This document shows positions 12,961-26,529 of a stretch of DNA of 64,000 nt, piece by piece (positions within the stretch are counted from its first letter, which is position 1; each line of letters starts with the position of its first letter). The stretch spans positions 2,232,001-2,296,000 of the forward strand of contig JAYWIR010000014.1 of the NCBI GenBank assembly GCA_036172245.1. Reading direction: 5' to 3'. Origin of the DNA: Raillietiella orientalis. Lineage: Eukaryota. The translations under genes were made by a program, and so were the position numbers. A model generated the notes under the pieces. The model had not been told where the DNA came from. It saw only the letters and a program-made list of their open reading frames with translations, and searched no databases.

Positions 12961-13599
12961 CTTCGGGTTTATGAATTCGCAAGAATTAATTAAAAGTCCC
13001 GAGGCGCGCTCCCCCCACCTCTGCCTCGGGCGTCCCGCCGCTCGTTTCACCCCTTTCGAGGGGGAGAGAGCGGAAATGGCTGGCCGCTGCTTCCTCCCCA
13101 GCTGGCTGAGGAAGGCGGCGCCGACCGCGAGGCATCCCTCGGGCCGCGCTTCATCCCCGAGCGCTCTTCAGCGGGCAAGCAGGACTCTACGGCTCGCTTG
13201 GAACGCTCCGAACTCAGGGGCGGCCGCCAGCTCCCCTCGGGGGCAAAATGTCTGCCGCTCCTTGGGAGCGGAGGAGCGCTGGTGGTGGTGGCTCGGCGTG
13301 ACTGTGAGGTCAGAGTGGAGCGCGTCCTGGGTTTCGCGCAACTGCCCGTAGAGGTGCAGACGAAACCACCACACCGCGCCCTGCCCTTTCACCTTTCAGA
13401 TGCGACTCCAGGGGACGGGGAGCTGCGCGCGCGTGAGGAAGCAGAGGGAAGGCTGATCGTAGCAGGGTCGGTTCTTGGCCGGAGAAAGAGCCACAGAGGG
13501 AACTCCCTCTGCGCTTTGCCAGGGTGTCTGTTAAACCCGGTCTCCCGGTCCACTGAAACGGGTGAAGCAGAGCGCGCCTCTAACGCTTCCGTGCCTCCT

Positions 13600-15700
13600 T
13601 CCTCTCTCTCTCTCTCACCCCGTCTCTCTCGCGCGCGCTGGGGAGGGGCCGGCGACCTCGGTGTCCATTAGCTTCTTCCCATTGCCCCTCTCCTCCTCCT
13701 CCTCCCCCGCGCGCTCGACGGCAGCGGCGGCGTTCGATCGATAAATCCACCCAGAAGATTGAAAAATGGTCCAGGGAGTGGAGCGCGGCTCTGTGCGATT
13801 TTTCGCATCTCCGGCAGCTAATTTGATCAAGTATGCATCGCGGCCGGATGCTGAAAAATCGATCCTTCACGCACGCCGAGACCCTCCTGGTCGGCGTCGG
13901 CGTCTTGCGGGAAGTGTCGCCCGAGTGACGCGGAATGACGGCCTCAGGGTCTGCTTCAGGGAGAGTTCCAGAGGGGGAGTGTCGTTCGATGTCTCTCCCT
14001 TCCTCCCGCGCTCTGCTCGTTACTCGCTCGCCCACCTTCTTTCCTCATGGCAGACACAAAAGAGTGCTCTTGTCCATGCAAGAGAAAGCATCCCCCAATG
14101 ACCTTGTGTCCTTTTCGCCTATCCCTTCCACCCTTCCGCTCTTGAGACCTGTTTCGCACGGGGGTGGACACCAGTATGCGCCCGAGAATCCAGGTGGAGG
14201 GACTGAATCACGCATCAGGGAAGAGGCAGTAAGGAAAAAGGTCATTCCAAGGGCTACGGAAGGGAGGGGGGTGCAAAACCACTGCGGTGGCGCGGGAGTC
14301 AAGTCACGGCCGCTCCTCCCTCCCTTTCTAGTGTTGCGGAACCCAGGCATGCCAAAGACCCACCTCCCTCCATCATGTTCTGAAGGCGGGACGCGGGTCC
14401 AACCCGAGGGGTCACCAGCAGAGCGATCCGCAGTGCCACCGCAGTCCAGGCCACCAGTCCCGAGGCCCCTCGGCTGCCACAGGCGCTCAGGAGGTGCTCT
14501 CAGAAGACACCAAGGAACCATCGTCTCCCCTCCCCCTCTCACCTGTTCCGGACCTTGGAACCGATGACCCTCCCTAGGACCTTCTGCTGTCGGAGCGCGG
14601 CGGATCCGATGGCGCCAGCCAGCGGGATTTTACTTCCCTCTGATGGAAGAGCTCTTGCTTTTCAAGGTCTGCCTCCTCCTCTTCCCTCCCTTTCCGCTTG
14701 TCTGCCTGAACGTTCGGCGCCGCAGTCCTCTCTCCTGCGTGGAGGTGAGTCGAGGAGCAATGGATAGACGGGAGGAGAGGGAAGAAGGGTGAACCGCAGT
14801 TTCCTCTCCGAGGTGCGACGGTTCCCAGGTTGCGCCCGCGAGCCGTCTCGAAGCTGAACCCCTGTTCGAGGACCCGCAGGAGGACTCGCACGACTAAGCA
14901 GCTAAAGAGTGCCCTCGATTCTAGTGGTTCCTGATGAACTCGCAGGTCATCAGCTGGCCAAACATCACCAGGGCTACGCACTGTATCTCTCAGGCGGAGC
15001 CTCGCTCAGATCCTTCGGAGTCGTTCCAAACCGTGGGTGGCAGCGACTTTCGGATTCCTCCTACCCCGTTGCACCCTATCTGACCCTCACTGCTGTCGCT
15101 GTTGTCGACGCACCTCTCAGCAGCAACTCAGATGGGAAGGCCATGGAGGGTTGGCATCGGCCAAGAAAGGGTTTCCCCACACCCCTGGGCAAACTCTCGA
15201 CTTCTTTTGCAGGTACCGACCTTGGAGAGCTGCGCGGCTTCCTCCAGAGGGGACGCTTTGCTTTCACTGGTCCAGGGATGAGGAGCGGGATGCTCTCGCA
15301 TCGTGTGGGCGGAAAGAAAGAAAACGAAAGGCAAGGAAAAAGGTGACCGCTGGGGATCCAACAGGCTGCTAGCCTGGAATTGAGCTGCGAACCCTTCTGG
15401 CTTCTGGGCTTCCCGTGAGACCTCAGGCATATGACTTCCCTACTCTGCATGAATTTCACCCTCTGGAAGCGTCATGTGCTCCTCAAGCCGACCCCACCCC
15501 TGCGTTGGGAGCACATGAGAAAGAAAGGGAGTGGTCTTCCCCCGAGTGGGGAATATCTCGCGGTTTTCGCCCAATTTTCGCGTAGGGAGACTCTTCTCCC
15601 ATGATGCCCGATGGTAATTCGTCAGTCTGAAGGCGTGGTCTAGGAACCTCTAACAATCCCTCGACTTTTCGAGACCCCTCGGTAGCTTCGCAGGGGCCCG
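13600..15700 (+). mobile_element. Probable decayed LINE ORF1 plus endonuclease
   Basis: CT-rich leader; DLVSFSPIP...; knuckle-like FLVLRNPG ~14330; then PSILVVPDE, SGGASLRSFGVV, VDAP...W, GTDL and NFTLW in APE endonuclease order. Confidence 0.4.
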
Positions 15701-16149
15701 GAGTCGAGGAGTTCTAGTTGTGCCAGCTGACGCGTCGTCATGCTCCTGGACGCCCTTGGGGGCGTTTGAGCATGACGAGTCGAATACTCCTTGGGGCTGA
15801 TCACCCCCACGCTTTGCCAGGATCCGTCCGTCGCAAGATCTCCAGGATTCTACTCCATGAGTGGGATGGACTGCTGCTCTTCAGGTGCATCGGCGCTCCT
15901 GGGTGCCGAGGAGCTCCTCCCTCAAGCCGGAGGATGGGCTCGGCCCACTTCTAGAAGTCGGTGAGTGCGAGCAGCCAACGAACCTTCCAGAGTGGTCAGA
16001 CTCCGCCACCTCCGGAGGAGCTGCTTCAGACAGCGGAGGCAAGAGTGGGGTGGCCGACCTATTGAGAGGGCATTCCGGTGTGGCTCCCCGAATTACCAAG
16101 TTACGCATGCTGTCGGAGTCGAGGGATCTCGTGGAGACGTCGGCACATC

Positions 16150-17150
16150 GGCGGCGATAAGCGGTGACTTCGTCATTTCGGGATCTCGAGGAGTTTCTTC
16201 CCTTTCTGCCATTGCCACTTCTTCCTCCTAGAATCTTCTGTTTCCCTTTTACCAAGGACGGAATGGACCGACCCGGGTGCGGCTCCGAGGAGTAGGGTCG
16301 GTTGGAAGGATGCTGCCTCACGCATGAGCTGAATGACCTCGCGACCTCTCCCTCCTCCAAGAGAAGGACGTGGGAAGCGTCCGCATGGCGAGTACCCGCG
16401 GCGAGGAAGTCGCTGTCTCGACCACTGGAAGCCGGAGTGAGAGAACTGCATCCCAGAATCACTCATGTCGTTCTCCTCCCCCCCCCTCCCTCCCTCTCTC
16501 CCTTCCACTGCCTCTCTTCCTTTGGCTCCACGCTGCCTCCAGTTCCGCTCTGACGTTCGAAAAAGGGTCTCGGCTTGTTGTCCTTCCTCCCCGCTTCCGA
16601 CCCCCCCCTCGTAGACCTGACTGCAGCCCACGTTCCCAGCCACGCCAAGCAGGATCTTTTCCCTAACTGCCGCGACTCCCTTCCGCCGCCGGCAGATCCC
16701 CGTCCCATTCCAGCAGCCTGCTCCTTATTTATCTCTTGCTCGCGACGAGGTGTCACCTGCGCACGACAGATAAAACGCGCCGGACCATGGCGGAACGGCT
16801 CCTTCCAACCGCGCGATGGGCGTAGGAAGAGTTGGGAATGGGTGATCGTTAAGTCCACTGAGAGCGTCTTGAAACGAAGGTCCGTTCGTCGCTGCTGCGG
16901 CGCTCCTGTCGCGAGAACGACAAAGATGCGTCCTCGCTCCGAGTCTCTTCGTGCCAGAGACGCGCGGGACGTGCAGGAAGCGATCGGATCCTCTCCCACT
17001 CTCCCTGCGGCGCTCCTCCGGGATAGAGCTTGCAGAAACTCCACCTGAAGTCAGACCGTGGGGGAGGGGGAGGGGTACGGACTCTTTGCGTTAGACCTTG
17101 GAACGAAGTAAGAAGAGGGGGGGGGGGAGGGTGAAGATGGGGAGGGACAC
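16150..17150 (-). mobile_element. Decayed LINE ORF1 (DUF4283-like)
   Basis: GRIFVVL...RRTDL...VD...LFLRPSRGWKEPF resembles DUF4283 (G.F.V.F...R..L...D...L.L..W.P.F). A GHSAHA* knuckle remnant is at ~16320-16340, with a C-rich leader upstream on the minus strand. Confidence 0.45.
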
Positions 17151-17949
17151 AGCCGATGTGGAGATGAACGGATTCGGTAAGGGGCGGATCTGTCTCCCGG
17201 TGCCGTCTGCGCCTAGACCGAGAAGGGGAGATTGAGCTGGAGGGAAAGCAGCGAGAGCGTCTCACTGGTTTCAGCACGCCATCTGGATCCAGGAGTAACC
17301 GATCTCGTGGAAGCAGTTGCGGATAGATTCACAGGCTGCCTCCTGGCAGGGCTCCAGCACAAACATGAATCTAGGGGAGGCCGCGGCAGCCTGTAGATGC
17401 ACCTGAAAGGTCGCCGTCGGCGAGGTCCTTTTCCTTTCCTTCTCCTCTTCCTCATTCCTCTTATCCATCTCATCACTCATCCTCATCTCCACCTCCGACG
17501 GAAGATCTTCTCCCTTGGACTAGCCTCCTCCGTTTCCCGCCTTACTTTCCTCGTTTTTCCTGACTATTCGCAGCAAGGAAGGCTCATTCGTCCTGGAGGG
17601 CCACTACGTTCCTCCTCTCTAGGTGTCCCCTCAGGCGGCTTCTCCCTTGTGGCGGAAACGCACTGCGCCCTCCCTGCCTTCAGACTGGATGGCAGATTTG
17701 CAGCAGGATGCCGAAAGATCTTCATATCATTCTTCCAGGATTCCCGAATAGTGCGACCTTTGACCTTTCTCGTTTATGATTCTGAGAACATCGGGCTCTA
17801 AGGGCAGTGTGGATGGTAATCAGGAGAGCTAATGAGCTACTTCTCGCAAAGGACACAAGTCTCCACGTCGCGAAGACGTCTGCCCTCTTCGTCCCGGTAA
17901 CAACCTTCCGCCCGATGATGTGATGCACTGGGGTGGATCCGCGATCCTA

Positions 17950-18800
17950 TTCCTCCCTCCATAATAGAAAGAGTCAGCTGGAACGGAAGTGGTTCGCAAA
18001 GTATTTCATTCCGGAGACAGCTTGCGGGTTCAGGGGTCCTTGGGAACCCCGAGAATCGCTTCTGAAAGCGCGACAGTACCTGCCTGCCTGCAACATCCCC
18101 AACGTGCCCGAGGGCCTTGAAGTCGACTCTGGTATGAAGGCGCTTTGAAGCTCCACAGTAGCGACCAATCGAAATCGGCATGAAAACGCCCGCGAAGCCC
18201 TTTTGCGCCATTCGGGATCTATTCCGATACAGTTGAAGGGAAACAAGAGCTACAGAGACTTGTTGAATGCCTTCCATGCTGTTCGGTATCGAAAAGTTCC
18301 AAAAGAGCCTCAGCGGTCACCTCATCCGAGGTCCTTGTCCTACCAAAGTGAGGTGCATGACCTTCTTCATCTTGTGCGCGTTCCTCAGAAAGAAGCGCCG
18401 ATTTCTTCTTCCGTGTTTTGGATGGTCTGGAACAAGGAGCGCGGGCGCCCATCCGACACTGGAAAGAAGCGCAGGGTGCGCTCTTCGCACATGCCAGAAG
18501 CAGTCCGCTCAGCACCGCCGGCGCGAGTTCTTCCGTGATTCCTCGAGGGGCGCAGAGGTGCGAGGTCCTTCCTGAGCTCGTTCTTGCGGGATGGAGCCTT
18601 TCGTGACTTAAGCTGCGACCACACGAGCAGCTCCTCGTTGAACGGTTGGCGTTCGATCTGGATGCAAGGGCATCCGAATGCTCGCCTCCAGCTTCCGCTT
18701 TCAGGCGGGAACTGCAAGGCGTGAGAGCGACGGACACTCCCATGAAAGGTGCGGCAGCACCGTGAGCTTGCTGGTGATGAACTTTCGTGGAAAAACATGA
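17950..18800 (+). mobile_element. Possible decayed LINE ORF2 C-terminus
   Basis: PCPTKVRCMTFFIL...KKRRF resembles the zf-RVT lead-in (PPKVK.F.W..L), and FWMVWNKER resembles W.IWKERN. The motif order is imperfect. Confidence 0.3.
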
Positions 18801-19699
18801 GGAAATGGGGGAAATGGATGCCTGAGGACTTTAGGATCATTTTCGTTGCTACGGTAACTGCAAGTTGCACCTGATGTCGTGGGGGCATCCAGTCTCCCTA
18901 CCGACGCTCAACGGAAATGAAAATAGTGCGATGACCGGGGGTGAAGGATGCGAAACAGGGCGGGAAACAGAAGGCAGAGCCCTCTCACGCATTTTTTGGG
19001 AAATCCAGGAGCCGGGCATATGGGTCACTGACTCTGGGCTGGATTTCTCCAGCCCAGAGTCAGAGACCGGCACAGGAAAGCGACCACATGGGCACACGTG
19101 GACCGGATGATACGTGCGCGCGCCGGAATGCACTGAGAACGACGATGCTCCCCGCGCCGAAACCCACATCAGGGTTTCCCTCCGAGTTGCTCTTTTACGT
19201 TCGTGTTGCGGTGCATAGTGGATCCTGTCCACTTCTAGGGGTGCTCACATGGAAGCACTTCACGTCCCACGCGAAGGCCCAAGCGCCATCTGGTGAATTA
19301 GCAATCCTCCGCTGCCCCCAGCTATTGAGAGATGCCGTGGCAACAGGCTCCTAAAAAGAATCAATTTATAGGTGAAGGGGAGAACTCTACACAGGCAAAT
19401 GTACTTGTGTGTGCATCTCTAATTTGTCCTTCTTCCCGAATCACATGACGTGGTGCTCCTGGAGGCAAACTGTGTGCACAGCAGTCGGTACAACATCGAC
19501 AGAGATGGGGTCATCCAATTGTTCCTCTGATGAGGCGCTACCTGCTTCTGACAATGGCGGCAGTTCCCATTTCTTTGGCAAGCACGAAATCTAAGCTCTC
19601 TCAGACAGCTCTCTGTCTTTAGAGGCAGAGGGGGTAGGTTTCCAAGCAACCTGTAGGCCGTTTCAGTGCTCTCAAAGTTGGGAGTTTGCAGCCGCTTAC

Positions 19700-21200
19700 C
19701 GGGCGCCGCAGAGTAGGCACGAGGGCGCACATCCGCTTAACCGAAGAAAAACAGCGAGAAACTCATGGCGCGTTGACCTCACGAAGACGGAAACAGGATC
19801 CGAAGAGGTTGTGGAGGCTAGAGGTGCAGCCGCACAGTTCCGGAAGAGATGAAACAACTGTCAATCACCGTCTCCTGAAACTGTGCGCTGCAGGATTCGA
19901 GGAAGTAGGACCTTGCTCGTCGGGGGCAAAGATTCAGGGAAGTCGTGCGGACGTACCAGCTGAGGAAGTCACGTGTTCCTGATCTGCCTGTAGAGCAGGG
20001 CTGCAGTGCAGCCTTCCGTTGTCGAGCTCTCGCCTGACGTCCAAAGTCTGTTGAGCCTCCGGAAGCCGCGGTGAACCGATTAGCTCCTCTCGAGAAGCTC
20101 CATAGTTTGGCTATTGCAGGGCCGCTGACCCGACGGCGAGGAACGCACAACCCTTGAGGGAGAATCACCGTACTATCCTGGCGCGCCCCGTTGCTTATCA
20201 GCCACCCCTTTCTGAGTGCTTCGCACGAGACCACCTTCCTCCATCCCACGGGCATACGTTTCTCTCTATTAGCAAGAGGCAGGCGGATGCGCTTTACCGA
20301 GGTAGGTCGCCCCATTCGACGCATGCGCTCGAGAGACCCAATGGGCCAGACCGAAAAAGGGGTGCTTTGGGTAGGTGCTTGAACACGGAGTTTCGCGTGA
20401 AGGTGAGCACCAGCGGCGCTCGCGGCGGTAGTGGAGCACCCATCGGGAAACGGTGGGGACAGGAGCACATCCCAGAGTGAAGAGCTTCGGTTAATAAGAG
20501 GACCGTCCTCCAAAAATTCCTTGTGGCTGCGCTCAGAGAATGACGCAGGAGGAACGAATTCTGCCTTCTCGTTGCCCCCTGCTGAGCCCACTACTTGCCG
20601 ATGCCATCCGCTCGAATCCGGTGGCATCGACAGGTGGTGCCGTCCATGCAGGAGGAACCACCGCGATTGAGGCAGAGATACATTGCAGTGCACTCGCTGG
20701 AAGAAGACAACAATCACATGAGGTCATCTGGAGATCCTCAGAGGCACCTTGGTCACCTGCTGCTCCTGCTGCACCTGCGGACTCTAGGGCCTAAGAAGGG
20801 CAAGGAGAGAGGGATTTTGGTACCTCCATGGAATCACGTAAGTCATCGGCAGAAGGAGTTTCCGGAAGACACAGATACCCTAGGTCAAGATGCTGTGAAG
20901 GAAATGGGTCTTTGCGGAGCCCCAGACCCGTTCCGTTCGAAGGAATGATCCCGCCCCGCCTGCGAGGGAGGACGTGGTGGCGGGCGAACTTCCGCGCGAT
21001 CACCGCGCCATGCGAGAGCTTTGGGAACTGCCCGCCCATTCCCACTCGCTTTCCTTGAGGATCTCTCATCGAACGTACTTCCAGCATGCAACATGGAGGA
21101 ACTCCGGGACGACTCGACTACCAGAAACCCGTGAGTGGAAGAATCAGGGAAGAAGGAAGACTCGCTGGGAAGGGGTAGGGATGCATCCTTCTTGATAGAC
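19700..21200 (+). mobile_element. Decayed LINE reverse transcriptase
   Basis: In RT order: EEV...KIQGSRADVPAE (KSPG.DG.PAE), RPVAY, ISKRQADALYRGRS (IS..Q.GF..GR), CPLLSPLLADAIRSNP, SLEEDN (SLFADD), RYP/TLG (RYLG). Confidence 0.6.
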
Positions 21201-21569
21201 CATCAAAGAATCTCTCAGGAGCGCACGTAGCCTCCGTCCTCTCTCCCCTAACTCTTCCTTCCTTGGGGTCTTCCTCAAACTGGATTCGCTGTCTTAGACA
21301 CCTTGATTGAGCGCTTCGGCATCCCGACAGCCTCTCCCCTCCCGTCTCTGCGTTGATGGGAGAGCCAGACAGTCTGCAGACGACTCTTGGGGCTCCTCTC
21401 ACTGGGGATCGCGCAGATGTTCCCACTCGCAGGTCACCCCTGGACTTCCCTCTTCGTGCTTTTCCGACCGTGGAGAAGGTGGGAACTTCTTCCTCCCTTC
21501 CCAGAGAAGGGGAAAGGGCAGGGGCACCCTCCTCCTCTTTCTTTGCCCCATTTCTCCTCTACTTTTTGT

Positions 21570-24500
21570 TTGGGAGTACATTTAAATGAGATTACAGGGG
21601 GCTCTTCCTGTTCTTCAGGATCATCTTTTCTGTCCATCTGGTGCTCTTGCTGTTCCTCTTCCAGCATGTTGTGTGCCCTCCGTTCTCCGGTCATCTCTTC
21701 TGAGAGTTGTTCCCTGGCCCTTTCAGGGTGCAGAGTGGCTTCTGCATCTCCTGGAAGCCTCTCCAGTCTACATGGACCCAGTAGATGCCCCAATGTGTCG
21801 GATACACGAAAAGCCACAATGAGGTGCCTCATCTCCGAGTGCTTGCCAAGGACTCGTTGAAGAACAGCGTTGTTCCTAGGATCCCAGGCGATCCCAGGCA
21901 ACCTTGCAGAGATCTCTCATTCTTGGTCAATCGGAGGGTCACTCCTTAGTATTTTTCAGTCCTGCCCCTTATGATTGTGCCGAACTCCTCCTCTCCATCC
22001 TCAAGCGGGCAGCAGACATTTAGCACCACCATTTGGACTGCAGTGCCAAGTCGAGTCGGATAGAGGAGTCCACTCCCAGAACCTTCTGGCTTATTGAAAT
22101 CAAAGATGTCCACTTCGCTTCATCCACCACAGCGTTCTTCCCTCTTCCCAGGATCGCATCACTCCGTGCAGTGAAAAGATGATAATGCCTCCTGCAATGA
22201 TTAACGATGTGAAACAATGTCCCATCATACACTCTGCATCGCCGACGTGGCGATGCAGAGTGTGGGATGGACTTGGGATTAGGTTCCATCTGAAAGATCT
22301 CTCGGCGTGGTCTTCCTGAGGTTCCGGAGATTCGAAACGCTTCCGAGTGTGGCGGCACGAAGTCGCAGCGCGCCCTTCAAAGGTCTTCTCCCCTCTTCCT
22401 TCCTCGTGCTCACCGAGAAGTTGCTGAGCTCCAGGGGATTTTCTTCTGTCATCACATCGCGAGGACTGCTCGGTTAGGCACTCCTGCTTCTCGAATGGTC
22501 CCCTCTGTTGCTCAGGAGACCGACTCAGGAATCCATGGCGGCCCTTGTACACTCGATCGCTGGCCTCTTCGAAGAAAAGGGAGGGTGTCGTGTGGAAGGG
22601 AGCCTTTGATAGGGTCCTTCTGAGGATGGGACCGTCCCGCGTCTTCTTCTCTAGAAGGAACATCTTTAGCCTCTGCAGTCACTGAGGGCGCTTCGGCGAG
22701 ACTGAGAAGGAGCGCCGTTTCTGTGCCGCCTCGGAAGATCCTTTGCGAACTGCAGTAGGTGGTGGTGCGCTCCTGCTCAGAGAAAGCCACGTTCCCTCCT
22801 CTCTCTCTTTCCTACAGTCAAAGCGTAGCCAAAGCAACCTCGGTCCATGACGAGGGTGGAACGCGCCAGTGGCCCCTTTTCTTATCGGGTCGCACCGTCC
22901 CAGGCGGGTACGGAGAACTGTAGAAATCTAGGACCCTTTTGAACCCCATGACTCCTGCTCGTTGGCTAGCTGCTTATGATGGCAGGACTTCCCATCTTTC
23001 TCTTTCCATCCCATTCTCTTCTTTTTCTTCTTCTACTGCTGATGAACGTGCGGCAGCGGAAGAGCAGGCGTGACTATGAGCGATACAGGATTTGTTCGAA
23101 CTCAGGAGACGGAGCAACACCCTTCTCTGAAAGGATTGACGTGGTGCCTTCCGTGGGTTCTCCCTTATTGAGAACAAACCTGTCCGGATCTGTGCTTACA
23201 ATTCCTTCTCTCGTGACAAGAACAGAGAGGCCCTAAGCCGTTCGGTCAAGGTTGGGACGGGGATCAAGTCTCCTTCCCTCCTCGGGAGGTCACAGCTGTC
23301 GTCCATTCCAGGGAAAGGAAGAAGATAGAGGAAGGTTTTCCTCTCTACCGAGAAGAGACGGATCCTCGAAACCACCTCTTTCCCATCCTTTTTATCATTG
23401 CTTCTTCCCTTCTTCCTCCTTCACCTCCTCGTGGGAAAGTCATCGCTCTCTCCCTCAGAAAAGTAGGGGGCATTCGATGACATCGATGTCGTCAAGAGCG
23501 ATGTCTTCCAGACAGAAAGCTTCTTTCTTCTTCCAGAAGGCCAGACAGGATCCTGAATACCGCATCATGGGAAACCCAAGGAGTTTCATTGCCCGCAGTG
23601 CCCTCTGGATGGAGAGGACAGGTCCCTCTCAACCAATTGCGATGGAGAAATGGAGACACCAGTCACGGAACAGCGACCACTCGACTGACCCGTTTCTTGC
23701 GAATTGGAAGGAAAAAAAGGTACTTACGTGTTGTTGGCCTCCTTGTCCGCTCGTCTCAATGCCAAGGCTTCCGCATTGACAACGCCCACTATTCCTTTCT
23801 CCGGACTAGCAATGCACAACCTCGTCCTACTCCACTTTGGCCCTCGATAGCATCCTGGAATCCACGTCCGGGAGCCGCCTTCAGGGGCAGCACTCGCTCA
23901 AATCCCAGTGTCTCCAGTGGCTTCCAGGGCACTCCGGGCGCGAGCTGCTGTAAAAGTCCGGCTTCCTGCGACGGAGGAGTCGAGAAGCAAACGAAGAGAT
24001 TTGTCCACGTCTAACGACCCTCTTTGGCAGCGTGGGGACAGATCCCTGACCGGCTTCACCCACTTTTCCTGACTTCGCCCGTGATGAAACCTTCATCCCG
24101 GCTGCCAATATCGTCCCCACTTTCCATGCTGAATGACCTTCGTCGAGGAAGTCATTGGAGGGTTCTCTCCGTTCATCACGACTTCTGGACGGGAGGTCAA
24201 GGAGGCGTTTATTCTAGACTGCGTCAGATGCAGCATCTCCCTCTCTCACTTGCAGTCGTGAGCATGGTGTCACCCTACGTCGTTCTCCGGCTAAATCTGC
24301 AGGGTGCCACGGATCTACCAGGATGACACGTGGCACTCGGTGATGAACTGATACACCGGATGTTGCGCACTCTCCTTCCCCTGATCGCTTTTTTGAACCG
24401 GAAGGGGAAAGTCCCATCCCTTCAAGATCCCATTCCGTTTCAATAGCGGATGGAGATGGAGGATTCCTCCAAGGTGCGCGGGAGAGACCTTTTTCACGGG

Positions 24501-24700
24501 AACAGGACACCTGTGGTGTTTCAGAGAGAGTGGATTGAAGGAGCTGGTATCATCCAAAGATTGCCTCCCCACGCCAGCAATCCAATGGGGCCGGAGCGCG
24601 TCGCTTCTCGGCGCAAGGCATTCCCATCAGTCATCCTGCTCCTGGAAGAATTTGCTGGAGCTTACTCACCTCTCTCCGTTCTTTCGAGGGGCTCGTCGCA
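21570..24700 (-). mobile_element. Decayed LINE RT through C-terminus
   Basis: Minus strand: TILAAGMK...GQGSVP, WLRGTCPLHP (GLRQGCPLSP), IALDDIDV (YADD), AKWTSL...KVLG...LALQSKWW (W..L...GGLG...AL..KW.W), HLLGPC, CWKRN. Confidence 0.6.
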
Positions 24701-24769
24701 ACCACAATGTGGGCAATAGAAACGACCGGACTCGGAGTCGGTCCTACGGAGAACCGATGAGAGGGCGCA

Positions 24770-25420
24770 GTGTCTGGTCGTCACGGAAAGAGGTCGATGA
24801 GGAGACTGGAGAGAGATCTTCGAATGCCGGGGCGGCATCGGAAGGAGTCAGTCGGGAGTCAGAAGCCAAGAGTCTCGTCCCACCGAGGAAGCTGCGGCTG
24901 GGGGGACCTGAAGGACTCCGGTCGATGCTTTCCGCAAACTCCGTCACTAAGGGTTGAGTGCCAGGGGACGATGGCAGCGGTATTGGGGAGGATGGAAGAA
25001 TCTCGGGGAGCTCCGTCAAAGAGAAGAGCTGTTTGGAACATGCGGAGGATGCTGAGCAGCGGCAGATCAGGAACCTCACTTTTCCAGCTGGAGAGCTTTC
25101 GGATTCCTTGGGAGTTCTTTACCGTGCTGGCATCCTGCATCCCGAGAGAAAGGGAAATCATAGGGCATGGCCATTCCCTGGGGGTGCTGCCACCTGACGC
25201 ATCGACCGCTCCCTTGGAGGTCTTTCTTTTCTCCTTGAAGATCGTGCGGAACCGAGTCGCGCGCATATGTTTGTCTCCTGGGCAGCCGGTGCTCTCTCTG
25301 GATCCTTTGCATGAGGGTGGGAGGCGGGAAAGCCTTGGACCCGCTTTTTTGAGACGGGCGCTCGTCAGTTCCGCTTCTGCTGGACGTGCGCTGTCTCCCA
25401 ACCTCGCTACTCTTCGGTGA
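24770..25420 (+). pseudogene. Decayed LINE ORF1 fragment
   Basis: FRIPWEFFTVL...EIIG, RVARICL (FARICV) and, in a shifted frame, FETGARQFRFCWTC (YE.LP.FCxxC). Confidence 0.45.
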
Positions 25421-25650
25421 CCCCTCCCGTGGAGGACGCAAAAGGCTTGACTACACCGATTCCTTAGTGGTGAACCATCGGTTGTGCTCTTTGAGGGCGC
25501 TTCTTTCCCCCCTGGTTAAGGTATGGCCATGCCCTTTGATTTCCCTTTCTCACGGGATGCAGGATGCCGGCACAGGAAAGAACTTCCGGGGAATCTGAAA
25601 ACCCTCCAGCTAGAAAAGGGAGGTGCCTGATCTGCTGCTCAGCATCCTCC
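25044..25650. repeat. ~130-bp inverted repeat with ~350-bp spacer
   Basis: 25044-25174 is the reverse complement of 25523-25650, with scattered mismatches. Confidence 0.9.
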
Positions 25651-26529
25651 TCCATTCCTTGGAGATTCCCGTGGGTTCTACCCGCAACTGCAGCATCGCT
25701 CAGGGAAGACGACCTCCAGGCTCCTGCAGGCCCCTCTGCAAAATGCGCCAGGGACTGCACTGGGACACAGAGGGATTTCGGGTGCCTTCTGCAATTCCTT
25801 CCGGCGAGACAACCTCGGATGCAACGCTCCATGGAGAACGGTCCCTGGGGATGCTGCAAGGAATTCATCTGAGAGACAGCATCTTCAGGGAGGAACAGCA
25901 ACCTTCCAGCCGCAGGAAATGATGGGCTCGGGATCATCTGCCTCAGGTCCCAGGGAGTGGACGCTGCTCGTTTCTGCAGTCTCTCCCCTCAATCTGCCGA
26001 CCGGAAGCGACTGGAGACCCGGGAGGATTCTCTCTTTACTTTTCGCGCCATCCCATCTCCCTCTTCCCGCGGGCGTTCCTAGGTCATAAAGTTCCATTGC
26101 AGGAGAGAGAGAATGTCCGCCGGACTTCATTCGCTCTTCTTTCTCCAGCATCGGGATCCTCTGCCTCTGCCAGAGCTTCAGCACCCATCTCCGCGGACGC
26201 CGCCTTTCTCATGTCCCACAGGAAGGCAGCCCCTGGATCGCCGGACCGTAAGAGCATCGCTGGAGCGAAGCTAGACCGGCCACAACCACTGTCCGGGCAC
26301 TCCGGAGCTGGAGGCTGCAGAAGCTACGTAGCGACCGGTGCGAAGGAACCTCAAGCGCCAAGGAGACAAAGAGGGCGCGCGGGTTGCACGGGATTTGAGG
26401 AGCTGCGGAGTTCATGTCTCTCGGCCACAATCCACGCCCGGACATCTCCTGACCCTCTGAACGAGGAGCTCTCTCGAACACTTCCGTCTTCTCGTGGGGG
26501 TAGGTGCCCTCCCAGTGACCTTTTTTGCT

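Noticed and set aside
17055..17150. G-quadruplex-like G runs (also ~12900-12940)
   Set aside because: These are the complement of C/CT-rich leaders of minus-strand LINE relics. They are low-complexity and I have no evidence of separate function.
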